Sequence record: KJ190158 | Length of the DNA: 64,000 nt | Reading direction: 5' to 3' (one strand) | DNA from: Escherichia phage FFH2 | In this document: piece by piece, positions 34,915 through 42,420 of the stretch | Layout: each line of letters opens with the position of its first letter | Position numbering within the stretch: position 1 is the first letter of the stretch | Program-made: the position numbers and the translations under genes | The notes under the pieces: model-generated | The model's database searches: none | The model's input: the letters and a program-made list of their open reading frames with translations, nothing else | What the model was told of the DNA's origin: nothing

Positions 34915-35148
34915 TCAACTATTTTCAAAAAATTTTTCTGCTGTGATATTCTTCCCGGTAGGGTTCGCTACTTTCAAAATTTTATCATGCACTGGACGCC
35001 CAAAAGAATAAGCGCCGTACACAGTAAACCAATAATCGCCGTCAGGTTGTACTATTACCGCCGCATATGGTACGCCTTTTTCGTTTTTGCTGACAAAATA
35101 GATCACATTGCCATTAATAGCCTCAGCGCGTTTAATTTGTTCCATCAT
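34915..35148 (-). CDS. hypothetical protein
   Basis: 77-aa ORF with an AAGAGAGGTAAA SD after a GGGGCC-gaaaa-GGCCCC hairpin. Confidence 0.55.
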   Translation of the reverse strand: MMEQIKRAEAINGNVIYFVSKNEKGVPYAAVIVQPDGDYWFTVYGAYSFGRPVHDKILKVANPTGKNITAEKFFENS

Positions 35149-35202
35149 GATGATTTACCTCTCTTTATTTTCATAATTGGGGCCTTTTCGGCCCCGCCAG
35201 GT

Positions 35203-35487
35203 TTATTTATTGATAGCGTGCAGTGGGAAAGGTACGCCAGGTTGATAAATAACCTTTACAACCTCATCAGGACAAAAGAAGTTGCAGAACTCACCGCAAT
35301 ATGCCTCATCCTCTTTCAACTCTTCATCAACATACTCAAAAAAGTAGTCGATGCTTGGATAATCCTGGCCGGGATTATAGTCAACCATCGTTAATAATAA
35401 CTCTTGATCATTCCGTAGGATGTGCATACCCGCTTTTAAGTATTTTGCTTCCATTTCTACTACATCGCCAGCGGTAACAATAGCCAT
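35203..35487 (-). CDS. hypothetical acidic protein
   Basis: 94-aa ORF with a TAGGAG SD. Confidence 0.55.
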   Translation of the reverse strand: MAIVTAGDVVEMEAKYLKAGMHILRNDQELLLTMVDYNPGQDYPSIDYFFEYVDEELKEDEAYCGEFCNFFCPDEVVKVIYQPGVPFPLHAINK

Positions 35488-35620
35488 GATTTTAACTCCT
35501 ATCTATCTGGTCAACGATTGGGGGCCTCCCCCTCGACAACTCTTATTATCCATATTGTCGGGAATGATGCAAGTACTTCTTTAAAAATTTTTTAAGCGCC
35601 CCGTATGCCGTTGTAACGCC

Positions 35621-35654
35621 AAAATAATAAAGGCCATGCGGTTGCATGGCCTTT
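35621..35654 (-). terminator. rho-independent terminator
   Basis: Minus strand: AAAGGCCATGC-aacc-GCATGGCCTTT followed by ATTATTTT. Confidence 0.75.
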
Positions 35655-35689
35655 ATGTGATTATATTGCTGCAGGCCCTGCTAGGGGCC

Positions 35690-36040
35690 TTATTTTGCAT
35701 TCTTGCCTGTATTGCCGCCACGGTACCAGCGTCTGCGGTGAAAATGGTAATAATCACCCTCGGCATTAAACATCAGATGATTTTCAATAACCAGCTTACG
35801 AAGGTAGGCCGGATCTTGTTCCATTCTTGCCAGATTCCAGCGGCTGTTACGTAAGCGTATAAATTCCATATTCAGGCCGTTGATTGCAGTATGGATGTCA
35901 AAGTAACCACCTTTGAGACGTTCACGCATGGCGTTAAGCTCAACACAATATACAGATTTCTCACAAATCAAGGTATTAGCTATGGCGCGGACCTGGGCAA
36001 GGGGGTTAAGCTCATTAAGGTAATATAGTTTTATTTTCAT
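35690..36040 (-). CDS. hypothetical protein
   Basis: 116-aa ORF translationally coupled to the upstream gene. Confidence 0.55.
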   Translation of the reverse strand: MKIKLYYLNELNPLAQVRAIANTLICEKSVYCVELNAMRERLKGGYFDIHTAINGLNMEFIRLRNSRWNLARMEQDPAYLRKLVIENHLMFNAEGDYYHFHRRRWYRGGNTGKNAK

Positions 36041-36057
36041 AAAATCACCTGCTGAAA

Positions 36058-36366
36058 TTAGTTTGAGAAAACATCGTTCACAATAGCGATCACAATGCCG
36101 CCCACCTTGTCACGGTCAACAACGCACAAATCACCATAGATCATGCGGTAGTCTGGATGATCTTTCACAGAATAGTCAATAAGTGTTTTCTTGTCGTCCA
36201 GCTTCGTAACTTCCATTCTCATAACGATATGAGAATCATCAAAGGCATTATTCCGAAAAGTCATAGCCTGACCGCCAGGGCACCCGGTGATCTCCACTTC
36301 CACACCATCTACGATCTGACCATCAAAGAAATAAAGATTATTAGCCTGGATAAACATGTCTATCAC
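36058..36366 (-). CDS. hypothetical protein
   Basis: 102-aa ORF with an AAGGAG SD, downstream of promoter cassette copy 1. Confidence 0.55.
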   Translation of the reverse strand: MIDMFIQANNLYFFDGQIVDGVEVEITGCPGGQAMTFRNNAFDDSHIVMRMEVTKLDDKKTLIDYSVKDHPDYRMIYGDLCVVDRDKVGGIVIAIVNDVFSN

Positions 36367-36403
36367 TCCTTGTTAACTGCGTGGTCTTTTAACAGGGTTT
36401 AAA

Positions 36404-36450
36404 TTTACTTTATTGATGGCCCTGAAGTCAAGGCCATCTAAAAATAAATT
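36404..36450 (-). promoter_or_regulatory. 47-bp promoter cassette, copy 1 (-35 box inside a 7-bp inverted repeat)
   Basis: Minus strand: AAATTTATTTTTA-GATGGCC-TTGACTTCA-GGGCCATC-AATAAAG-TAAATT. It begins right after the upstream stop codon. Near-identical copies lie at 40146 and 40765. Confidence 0.7.
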
Positions 36451-36651
36451 TTACAGGCCTACAATCTCTTTGATTCGTTTAACCGCCGCCTCAGCGCCTT
36501 GGGGGTAAAAATTATGGTAACCAATCACGCGAGTGATACTAATCGCCGTTTGATGATCTTCATAGTCGCCCTTGAAGATTTCTTGACCGTCAATCAGCAC
36601 GGCAATTTTTTCTTCTTTTTTGAAGTTAATAACGCGGATATTGTTGCTCAT
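36451..36651 (-). CDS. hypothetical protein
   Basis: 66-aa ORF with an AAAGGAGAAA SD after a GGGGAaacaTCCCC hairpin. A TTGCAA-17-ATAATA promoter lies upstream. Confidence 0.55.
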   Translation of the reverse strand: MSNNIRVINFKKEEKIAVLIDGQEIFKGDYEDHQTAISITRVIGYHNFYPQGAEAAVKRIKEIVGL

Positions 36652-36893
36652 TTTTGTTTCTCCTTTCTGGTTTTTGTGTTGGTGGGGATGTTTCCCCGTT
36701 GATTGTTATTATCCATATTGCGGACCAGATTGCAACACCCTGGAAGAAAAATTTTTTGAAAAAGTTAAGCCCCCATGATCGGGGGCGTTATCAGTTACTT
36801 ATAGCAATAAAGTACATTCCTACCCCTAACAATATTTCAAGGGCGATGATCTCAAGCCATACCATAACACGGCGCACCTTATCAGCGCATGGC

Positions 36894-37019
36894 TTATCCT
36901 TGGTTGTCATCGTCTCCCCCTTCCCTCCTGTTAGTAGTGACGTGGTTTACAATGGCCCCCAGGAGTCCTATCACCACGCACACCACAAGAAAAATTATCT
37001 CCGCTGTTGTTCGATCCAT
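36894..37019 (-). CDS. hydrophobic micro-protein (41 aa)
   Basis: MDRTTAEIIFLVVCVVIGLLGAIVNHVTTNRREGGDDDNQG with GAGGA 11 nt upstream. It overlaps the 3' end of 36931-37152 in another frame. Confidence 0.4.
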   Translation of the reverse strand: MDRTTAEIIFLVVCVVIGLLGAIVNHVTTNRREGGDDDNQG

Positions 37020-37152
37020 TGTTATAAAATTCCTCAAGATCAGGCCTGAAAATAAAGCGTTCGTTATTGAATCCGTCACGCCAGGCGGCTGGCTTCAAAT
37101 CTTCACTAAAGGGATTAATTAACGTGACGTTATTTAAACGGCTGGTCCACAT
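36931..37152 (-). CDS. hypothetical protein (3' part doubtful)
   Basis: ATG 37152 is preceded by GAGAGGAATAGAAAAT. The last ~29 codons overlap a better-looking TM ORF and read as low-complexity sequence. Confidence 0.4.
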   Translation of the reverse strand: MWTSRLNNVTLINPFSEDLKPAAWRDGFNNERFIFRPDLEEFYNNGSNNSGDNFSCGVRGDRTPGGHCKPRHY

Positions 37153-37501
37153 ATTTTCTATTCCTCTCAAATAGGCGATCCGCCTCAGTTAAACATATCT
37201 CATGGGCTTGGTCTCTGGTTTTAGCCTCATCAAAAACCTGTTGTGCCAGGCTGCAGCGTAGGGAGACTGGAAGATCACTATAATAGGCGTTGACAAACGT
37301 TTGTGCGTCATACAGGTCGGAAAACACTTTACCCTTTCTATTATCGCCCTTGTCAACAATTGCAAGGATAACCAATACAATAGTTGCAACCACTCCCAGG
37401 AAAATAGATATAACAAACCATAGAAAAGCGGATCTACCTATCTTGCCAGCGATCCAGGCGTTGAACAAGGCAACTACTACAGCCAAAATAATAAATTCCA
37501 T
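37130..37501 (-). CDS. membrane protein (2 TM helices plus soluble C-terminal domain)
   Basis: The start is set at the internal ATG 37501 (AAAGAGGTACATAGA upstream, after a GGCGGC...GCCGCC hairpin). MEFIILAVVVALFNAWIAGKIGRSAFLWFVISIFLGVVATIVLVILAIV. Confidence 0.6.
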   Translation of the reverse strand: MEFIILAVVVALFNAWIAGKIGRSAFLWFVISIFLGVVATIVLVILAIVDKGDNRKGKVFSDLYDAQTFVNAYYSDLPVSLRCSLAQQVFDEAKTRDQAHEICLTEADRLFERNRKYVDQPFK

Positions 37502-37565
37502 TCTATGTACCTCTTTTGCAGTTCTGTTTAACAATAAGGCGGCAAATATGCCGCCTGTTACCTGA

Positions 37566-37946
37566 TTAAAAATTATCGCCGTAAATCTTTCCGCTTTCTG
37601 CCCACACCACCACGCGGGGCATGTTATCCCATACATCTTGTTTCAGATTTAACGCGTGCAATTCTTCGGTGGTGCTCATACCAGGCACGGGCTGATTGTA
37701 TACTGCAAAACGACCACCTGCATAATCATAGGCCAGGGTTAAATCACACTGAATCATCTTTTTGATCATGGCGTTGAGCATAGCGTTAGCCGCATACTGG
37801 TCACGTTTTAAAGGCAACTCTTTGATTAGTTTGCGATAGTTTTCAATGTGATCGCACACTGTTTCACGTGGAAGATCTTTCATATCCTCGCGAAAGGTAA
37901 CCAGGTTAAACATAACGGTGTCAATAGCTTTAGTAGTGTTTTTCAT
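37566..37946 (-). CDS. hypothetical protein
   Basis: 126-aa ORF. Upstream are a TTGCAA-17-TATATT promoter, a GGGGGCAAGACGTTTGCCCC hairpin and an AAAGAGGAAAA SD. Confidence 0.6.
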   Translation of the reverse strand: MKNTTKAIDTVMFNLVTFREDMKDLPRETVCDHIENYRKLIKELPLKRDQYAANAMLNAMIKKMIQCDLTLAYDYAGGRFAVYNQPVPGMSTTEELHALNLKQDVWDNMPRVVVWAESGKIYGDNF

Positions 37947-38035
37947 AATGTTTTCCTCTTTGTTTTGTGTGGGGCAAACGTCTTGCCCCCTTGAGTTTTA
38001 ATATAGCAGGTTTTTAGATTATTGCAACACTTTAT

Positions 38036-38659
38036 TTATGAAAAACTCATCTCTCCATATTCATCTACATCAAACCGCCAATCATTGGCCTCAATAAGGC
38101 CGATCAGGTTTTCGGTAGTGAACTGCTCTAGATAGGCCTCCTCCAGGTCTACGTAAACCTTGCGGGATAGCTCCCGTACCGTCTCGGTGATCAGCTCTTC
38201 CAGGTCTTCCACTTTGTTTTCTTGTTTGGCGGTCAGATCTAGCCAGGTGGTATCAATGTATCCGCTTACAGTGTTTTCATGGCTGTAATGGCTGTACTTG
38301 TCGCGTTCAATACTGGCTGATAACTCGCCATCGTGCATTGTGCCGAACAAGTGACGAATTGATCGGAACTTGGTCAGGGCCTTTACTTTACGCAAGAATT
38401 TTTCTAAATCCACGTTTTCAGCACTGATTGACGCGCCGTCACCCTGGCACCAAAAGCCGGACCAATGTACATCGGTATCTTCAAGGCCGTACTCTGGAAA
38501 AACTTGTTCTTTATAATATTCAATTACACTTTCTGCGAAAAAATCCTCTCCGCTGTGTTCTTCTCTTTCGCGGACCATTTCAATAGCTTTTTCTTTTTGT
38601 TCGTCGGTCAGCACGTCGAAAGATAAATTGCAACCTGTGGTAATGTTAACGGTGGTCAT
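38036..38659 (-). CDS. hypothetical acidic protein (207 aa)
   Basis: Contains HWSGFWCQGDGASI and YSHYSHENTV motifs. It has its own promoter, hairpin and SD. Function unknown. Confidence 0.6.
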   Translation of the reverse strand: MTTVNITTGCNLSFDVLTDEQKEKAIEMVREREEHSGEDFFAESVIEYYKEQVFPEYGLEDTDVHWSGFWCQGDGASISAENVDLEKFLRKVKALTKFRSIRHLFGTMHDGELSASIERDKYSHYSHENTVSGYIDTTWLDLTAKQENKVEDLEELITETVRELSRKVYVDLEEAYLEQFTTENLIGLIEANDWRFDVDEYGEMSFS

Positions 38660-38716
38660 GATATTTTCTCCTGTTTTCTTTGTTAGTGGCGGGAAGTTTT
38701 CCCGCCTGTGTGTTTA

Positions 38717-38744
38717 ATTATACTTATTGAGATTTACTTGTCAA
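38717..38744 (-). promoter_or_regulatory. sigma70-type promoter
   Basis: Minus strand: TTGACA-16 nt-TATAAT, followed 10 nt later by the hairpin GGCGGGAAaactTTCCCGCC (38688-38706). Confidence 0.7.
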
Positions 38745-38994
38745 CACTATTTTTTAAATTATTGTGGCGCAAAATGTTTAAAATCTCTTCAACGTCATCA
38801 ACACGGCGGCAATTTTTAAACGCTACCAATTGCCCCATGATTTTAATCACTGGGCGGCCTTGCCAGTGCCCCTGGAGAAAGCGCGCCTTGACTTTATCGG
38901 TGGGACTATCACGCCACCAAATGGCCTTGTTATTGCAGTAGTAAAAATTATTCAGGACAATATCAACTTTATCAAAATTTTTTAATTTACGCAT
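38734..38994 (-). CDS. hypothetical protein
   Basis: 86-aa ORF with an AAGGAAGGAG SD and a TTGACA-17-TATACT promoter upstream. Confidence 0.55.
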   Translation of the reverse strand: MRKLKNFDKVDIVLNNFYYCNNKAIWWRDSPTDKVKARFLQGHWQGRPVIKIMGQLVAFKNCRRVDDVEEILNILRHNNLKNSVDK

Positions 38995-39204
38995 AGTGTT
39001 TACTCCTTCCTTCTTGCTTTGATGTGGTTAGTATATCCGGACTATTCCAAGGTGTCAAGCTTTAAATAAAATCACTGTCAATGATATTTTTAACACCATA
39101 AAACGGCCCTAGGCGATGTTTTCAGGTTAATAAAGGGGATTGCATAGGTAGGGGCTTTTGTGGCGTTTGTGGGGCCAACCAGGGGCGCTATTCGTAGGAT
39201 AGAA

Positions 39205-39231
39205 ATAAAAAGCCCCGCACAATGGCGGGGC
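39205..39231 (-). terminator. rho-independent terminator
   Basis: Minus strand: GCCCCGC-cattgt-GCGGGGC followed by TTTTTATTT. Confidence 0.75.
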
Positions 39232-39239
39232 GTTGGTTG

Positions 39240-39437
39240 CTATTTGTCTTTGTGGCGGTATCGTTCCGCCTGTCGTTCACGTTCCAAAAGCAGGCCCGGT
39301 AATTTGCGATCATAGTGATTTCTCCAGATCTTCCCGAACCTTTTCGGTTTATTCAGTTTATTGTTACGCTGGCGGCGTTCCGGCAGCTCTTCGGAATCGT
39401 GGGGGCGCTTTACAATTTTTTCGAAATTAATTTTCAT
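39240..39437 (-). CDS. small basic protein (65 aa)
   Basis: ATG 39437 is preceded by AAAGGGGG. Rich in Arg and Lys. Confidence 0.5.
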   Translation of the reverse strand: MKINFEKIVKRPHDSEELPERRQRNNKLNKPKRFGKIWRNHYDRKLPGLLLERERQAERYRHKDK

Positions 39438-39798
39438 AAACGCCCCCTTTACTGATCTCAATATTTGCCTGAATCGCCCGGATACGACGTTTTATAGTCT
39501 CCTGATCCTTGCAATCATATCCCCAAAAGTCTACGATTTTTGCGCCGCCAGCCTTTAAGCGGTATAATGTTTCTTGCATCTTGTAAGCTGGGATCGGTCT
39601 CGGTGTTACCTGGTCCCCTTTCCCATCCTTGTACTTGATAATGTAGTCTTCGTTGTCGTTGAATACCCAAAATGGGTATTCTGTAAGCGCGTTGCTCTCT
39701 TTTTCGTTTTTGGATTGGATCTTGTTTACAATTAAAGCCGTAGCAATAGCGCCAATAATAAAACTTGCCCCGCTGATCATGTTACTTTCTCCTTTCAT
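39427..39798 (-). CDS. membrane-anchored protein
   Basis: The N-terminal ISGASFIIGAIATALIV looks like a TM anchor, followed by a soluble domain. Confidence 0.55.
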   Translation of the reverse strand: MKGESNMISGASFIIGAIATALIVNKIQSKNEKESNALTEYPFWVFNDNEDYIIKYKDGKGDQVTPRPIPAYKMQETLYRLKAGGAKIVDFWGYDCKDQETIKRRIRAIQANIEISKGGVYEN

Positions 39799-39856
39799 TG
39801 TGCTGATAAACTATCTTTATAGATGGCCCTGCCACCAGGACCACCGAAAAAACAGT

Positions 39857-40102
39857 TTATTTGACGATACCGACAAAACAGATCCCGCCTTCCCCTATAT
39901 AGGCAATATCGGTAATTTTATAATTTGTCAAGATCCGCGTGTTCAGATCATTAATAAAATCGGTCATCGCGTTGGTGTAGTTGTCTTCCGTGTCTAAGGC
40001 ATAATCCCAGGTGTAAACCTTTTTACGTCCGAAGCCTTTTACCATGATACGGGCGCTTTTGGTGTTGGTAGGGGCATAATATTTGGTAATTAGTGCGGCC
40101 AT
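39857..40102 (-). CDS. hypothetical protein
   Basis: 81-aa ORF with a TAGAGGAG SD, downstream of promoter cassette copy 2. Confidence 0.55.
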   Translation of the reverse strand: MAALITKYYAPTNTKSARIMVKGFGRKKVYTWDYALDTEDNYTNAMTDFINDLNTRILTNYKITDIAYIGEGGICFVGIVK

Positions 40103-40145
40103 TGTTTTAACTCCTCTATATTAGTTCAGTGTTAACAGTGTAAAG

Positions 40146-40192
40146 TTTACTTTATTGATGGCCCTGGAGTCAAGGCCATCTAAAAATAAATT
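40146..40192 (-). promoter_or_regulatory. 47-bp promoter cassette, copy 2
   Basis: Minus strand: AAATTTATTTTTA-GATGGCC-TTGACTCCA-GGGCCATC-AATAAAG-TAAACT. Confidence 0.7.
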
Positions 40193-40533
40193 TACTCGTT
40201 TTCTTCCAGTTCTGCAAGCTCTTCTTTCACTTCTTCAAGCTCTGTCTGTAATTCTTGGTATTCTTCATCGTCCTCAATATCCAGGCTGTCGATGTAGTCG
40301 CTAAATCCGCAGCGGTAAGCGATAGGATCTAGCTCCTTGAGGATACGCGACGGAAGAAAAGAAATGTTTCCGATCATAATTTCGCCGTAGATCTCGTCTA
40401 ACCATTCATCATAGTTTTCGTCGTACTTGTCCTCGTCGATTTCAAAGTTATCGATCTTATTCTCAAGGTCTGCGATCTGTTTTTTCAGCGCGGCGATCTG
40501 CATGGCTTTTTCTGCGGCGGTCATAGTAGTCAT
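40192..40533 (-). CDS. highly acidic coiled-coil protein (113 aa)
   Basis: About one third of residues are D or E (IDEDKYDENYDEWLDE..., DIEDDEEYQELQTELEEVKEELAELEENE). It has its own TTGACA-16-TATACT promoter and hairpin. Confidence 0.6.
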   Translation of the reverse strand: MTTMTAAEKAMQIAALKKQIADLENKIDNFEIDEDKYDENYDEWLDEIYGEIMIGNISFLPSRILKELDPIAYRCGFSDYIDSLDIEDDEEYQELQTELEEVKEELAELEENE

Positions 40534-40611
40534 GGTGTTTTCTCCTTTTGTGTGTTCTGGGAAGTTTTCCCGTTTATGTGTTTAGTATACTGATCTAAGT
40601 TAGCTTGTCAA

Positions 40612-40731
40612 TTAAAAGTTTAAGAAAAATTTTGCGATACCGTTGGCGCTACCCATCAACATTTGCGCCAGGATGTAACCAATGATGCAAACGATAATAG
40701 TTACCTTTGTGTGCTGGCGTGTAGTACTCAT
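40612..40731 (-). CDS. hydrophobic micro-protein (39 aa)
   Basis: MSTTRQHTKVTIIVCIIGYILAQMLMGSANGIAKFFLNF with an AAAGGAGG SD, downstream of promoter cassette copy 3. Confidence 0.45.
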   Translation of the reverse strand: MSTTRQHTKVTIIVCIIGYILAQMLMGSANGIAKFFLNF

Positions 40732-40764
40732 CTTCAAGCCTCCTTTTAGCTTAACTGGGATTAG

Positions 40765-40810
40765 TTTACTTTATTGATGGCCCTGGCGTCAAGACCATCT
40801 AAAAATAAAC
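40765..40810 (-). promoter_or_regulatory. 47-bp promoter cassette, copy 3
   Basis: Minus strand: AAGTTTATTTTTA-GATGGTC-TTGACGCCA-GGGCCATC-AATAAAG-TAAACT. Confidence 0.65.
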
Positions 40811-41206
40811 TTAGTAAGTTTTCAGTACTTTCCCGTCCAATCTGTCAAGCTGGATCTCGATAGCTGCAGAAAACCTATTATAAACCACATCGCCCATGGA
40901 GTCCAGCCAATCTATGACGTTATACACCTGCTCTTTATTCTTGCAAGTCCGGATCCGTTTCATTACGTAAGACGGATCAATATTAGTGCTCTCGTTGTTG
41001 TGGTCATGCGCCTGGCCTGCTGCATTAGTTATAGATTTTACAACCACCTGAAAGGGCTTTAAGGTGCCTTTTGCGTTCATCTCACGCGCTTTTGCGGCGC
41101 GGTTGTTATATGTTACACAACGGCGGCAAATGTTGACCAAATGCATATCAATAATTTTTTCATCGTTTGCCAGTTCGTTCATGATGCGGCGTACGTTCTT
41201 ATTCAT
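40811..41206 (-). CDS. hypothetical protein
   Basis: 131-aa ORF. Upstream are a TTGACA-TAAACT promoter and the hairpin GGCGGGAATGTTTCCCGCC (41225-41243). Confidence 0.6.
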   Translation of the reverse strand: MNKNVRRIMNELANDEKIIDMHLVNICRRCVTYNNRAAKAREMNAKGTLKPFQVVVKSITNAAGQAHDHNNESTNIDPSYVMKRIRTCKNKEQVYNVIDWLDSMGDVVYNRFSAAIEIQLDRLDGKVLKTY

Positions 41207-41292
41207 GATCTTTTTCCTTTGTGTTGGCGGGAAACATTCCCGCCTTTTGTGCCCAGTTTACTTTAATTTTGCAGCGTGTCAATAATTTTTTT

Positions 41293-41691
41293 TTATTCGT
41301 GGGCGCATGTCACAATGTGCTTTTTATACCCCAGGTGGGCAGCAAGTGCTGACAAAAACTCATCTTCATAGATCCAGCCGTTGGCAGTGATCCCCATAGC
41401 ATTTAACGCGCTTTCAAGTGCTGCATTGGCCTTATCATAACCGTGACCGCTCGCCTTGCCACCAGTATAACCGTACTTGTTGTTCTTGCTGTCGTGCATC
41501 CAAAAGACGCAATAATGAGTGTTACCGCTGGAGGCGGCATAGTACCGGATCTCCGCTACTTCGTGCAAATTATTATCATCGTCCAGGCCAACCAGATTAT
41601 AAGCCTTGTAAAATCCACGATCACGGCGGCAGTTCTTGACATCAGAAAAAGAGAAGTCGGCATTGTCAAAATTAAAGGTTGTGGTTTTCAT
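41293..41691 (-). CDS. hypothetical protein
   Basis: 132 aa, containing GGKASGHGYDKANAALESAL. A TTGACA-17-TATACT promoter lies upstream. Confidence 0.6.
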   Translation of the reverse strand: MKTTTFNFDNADFSFSDVKNCRRDRGFYKAYNLVGLDDDNNLHEVAEIRYYAASSGNTHYCVFWMHDSKNNKYGYTGGKASGHGYDKANAALESALNAMGITANGWIYEDEFLSALAAHLGYKKHIVTCAHE

Positions 41692-41755
41692 GATTTTATC
41701 CTCTTAGTGTCTTTTGTGATTTCAGTATATTTTGTGTCGGGGCGTATGTCAATAC

Positions 41756-41953
41756 TTATTTTTTATTAAACCAGTGATTGATCTGACCTTTTGTCAGGGC
41801 GCAACGATTAAGTTGGTGCCGGGTATAGCTCTGACCGCGACGGAATTTATAAAGGCCTTGCCCGTTGTTGATGGTTACGTCCACCTGGCAAACCATTTGA
41901 TCGGTGACCACCTGGCGAGCGTTGCGACGTACTTTGATTCCGTAGGCGTTCAT
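41756..41953 (-). CDS. small basic protein
   Basis: 65-aa ORF with an AGAGAGGATAAAA SD and a TTGACA-17-TATTCT promoter. Confidence 0.5.
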   Translation of the reverse strand: MNAYGIKVRRNARQVVTDQMVCQVDVTINNGQGLYKFRRGQSYTRHQLNRCALTKGQINHWFNKK

Positions 41954-42038
41954 GATTTTTTATCCTCTCTGTTAATTAGTGTGGTGTTGTTCACCTTGCG
42001 AGGATAAGAATAACAAGAACTGTCCGAGCTGTCAACTA

Positions 42039-42215
42039 TTAGTTAAAATTATTTTTTGGGCGGAATTCTCCAGCCGCCGCCCCTGCCAGGTTAACCATCA
42101 TTTTTTCGTACTCTTCTTTATATTCCAACGCTCCCGCTATAGCCTTTTCAACCAGGGCGATAGCCTCAGCGTCATTAATAGCTACATTTTCCAGGGGGAT
42201 CATATTACCTTTCAT
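42039..42215 (-). CDS. hypothetical protein (58 aa)
   Basis: MKGNMIPLENVAINDAEAIALVEKAIAGALEYKEEYEKMMVNLAGAAAGEFRPKNNFN with a strong SD (GAAGAGGAGG). Below the ORF-track cutoff. It is the first gene of the small-gene island. Confidence 0.55.
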   Translation of the reverse strand: MKGNMIPLENVAINDAEAIALVEKAIAGALEYKEEYEKMMVNLAGAAAGEFRPKNNFN

Positions 42216-42374
42216 TTTTGTACCTCCTCTTCAATTGTTACCTATCCTATAGCATAGGCCCACCAGGTTTACAAGCCTTCATTCTCTCCTACCTGGTCAG
42301 TTAGGTCCTGCCAGGCTGGCCCCACTAGGTTGCAGCGGTTAGTGCATCAGGTTAGAAAAATTTTTTGAAAAGTG

Positions 42375-42403
42375 TTGACAGCGGCCCCGCCAGGTGGCAC
42401 AAT
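42375..42403 (+). promoter_or_regulatory. plus-strand sigma70-like promoter P1 in the ORF-free island
   Basis: GAAAAATTTTTTGAAAA (UP-like), then TTGACA-17 nt-CACAAT. It is oriented opposite to all flanking genes. Confidence 0.5.
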
Positions 42404-42420
42404 ATACCTATCGAAAGGAC

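Noticed and set aside
33875-37049. Plus-strand ORFs 33875-34267 (130 aa), 34870-35394 (174 aa), 35636-35854, 36157-36402, 36499-36702 and 36654-37049 in the small-gene island.
   Set aside because: Each spans several minus-strand genes that have promoters, hairpins and SDs of a consistent design. The plus-strand ORFs have no SD and read through intergenic hairpins and terminators.
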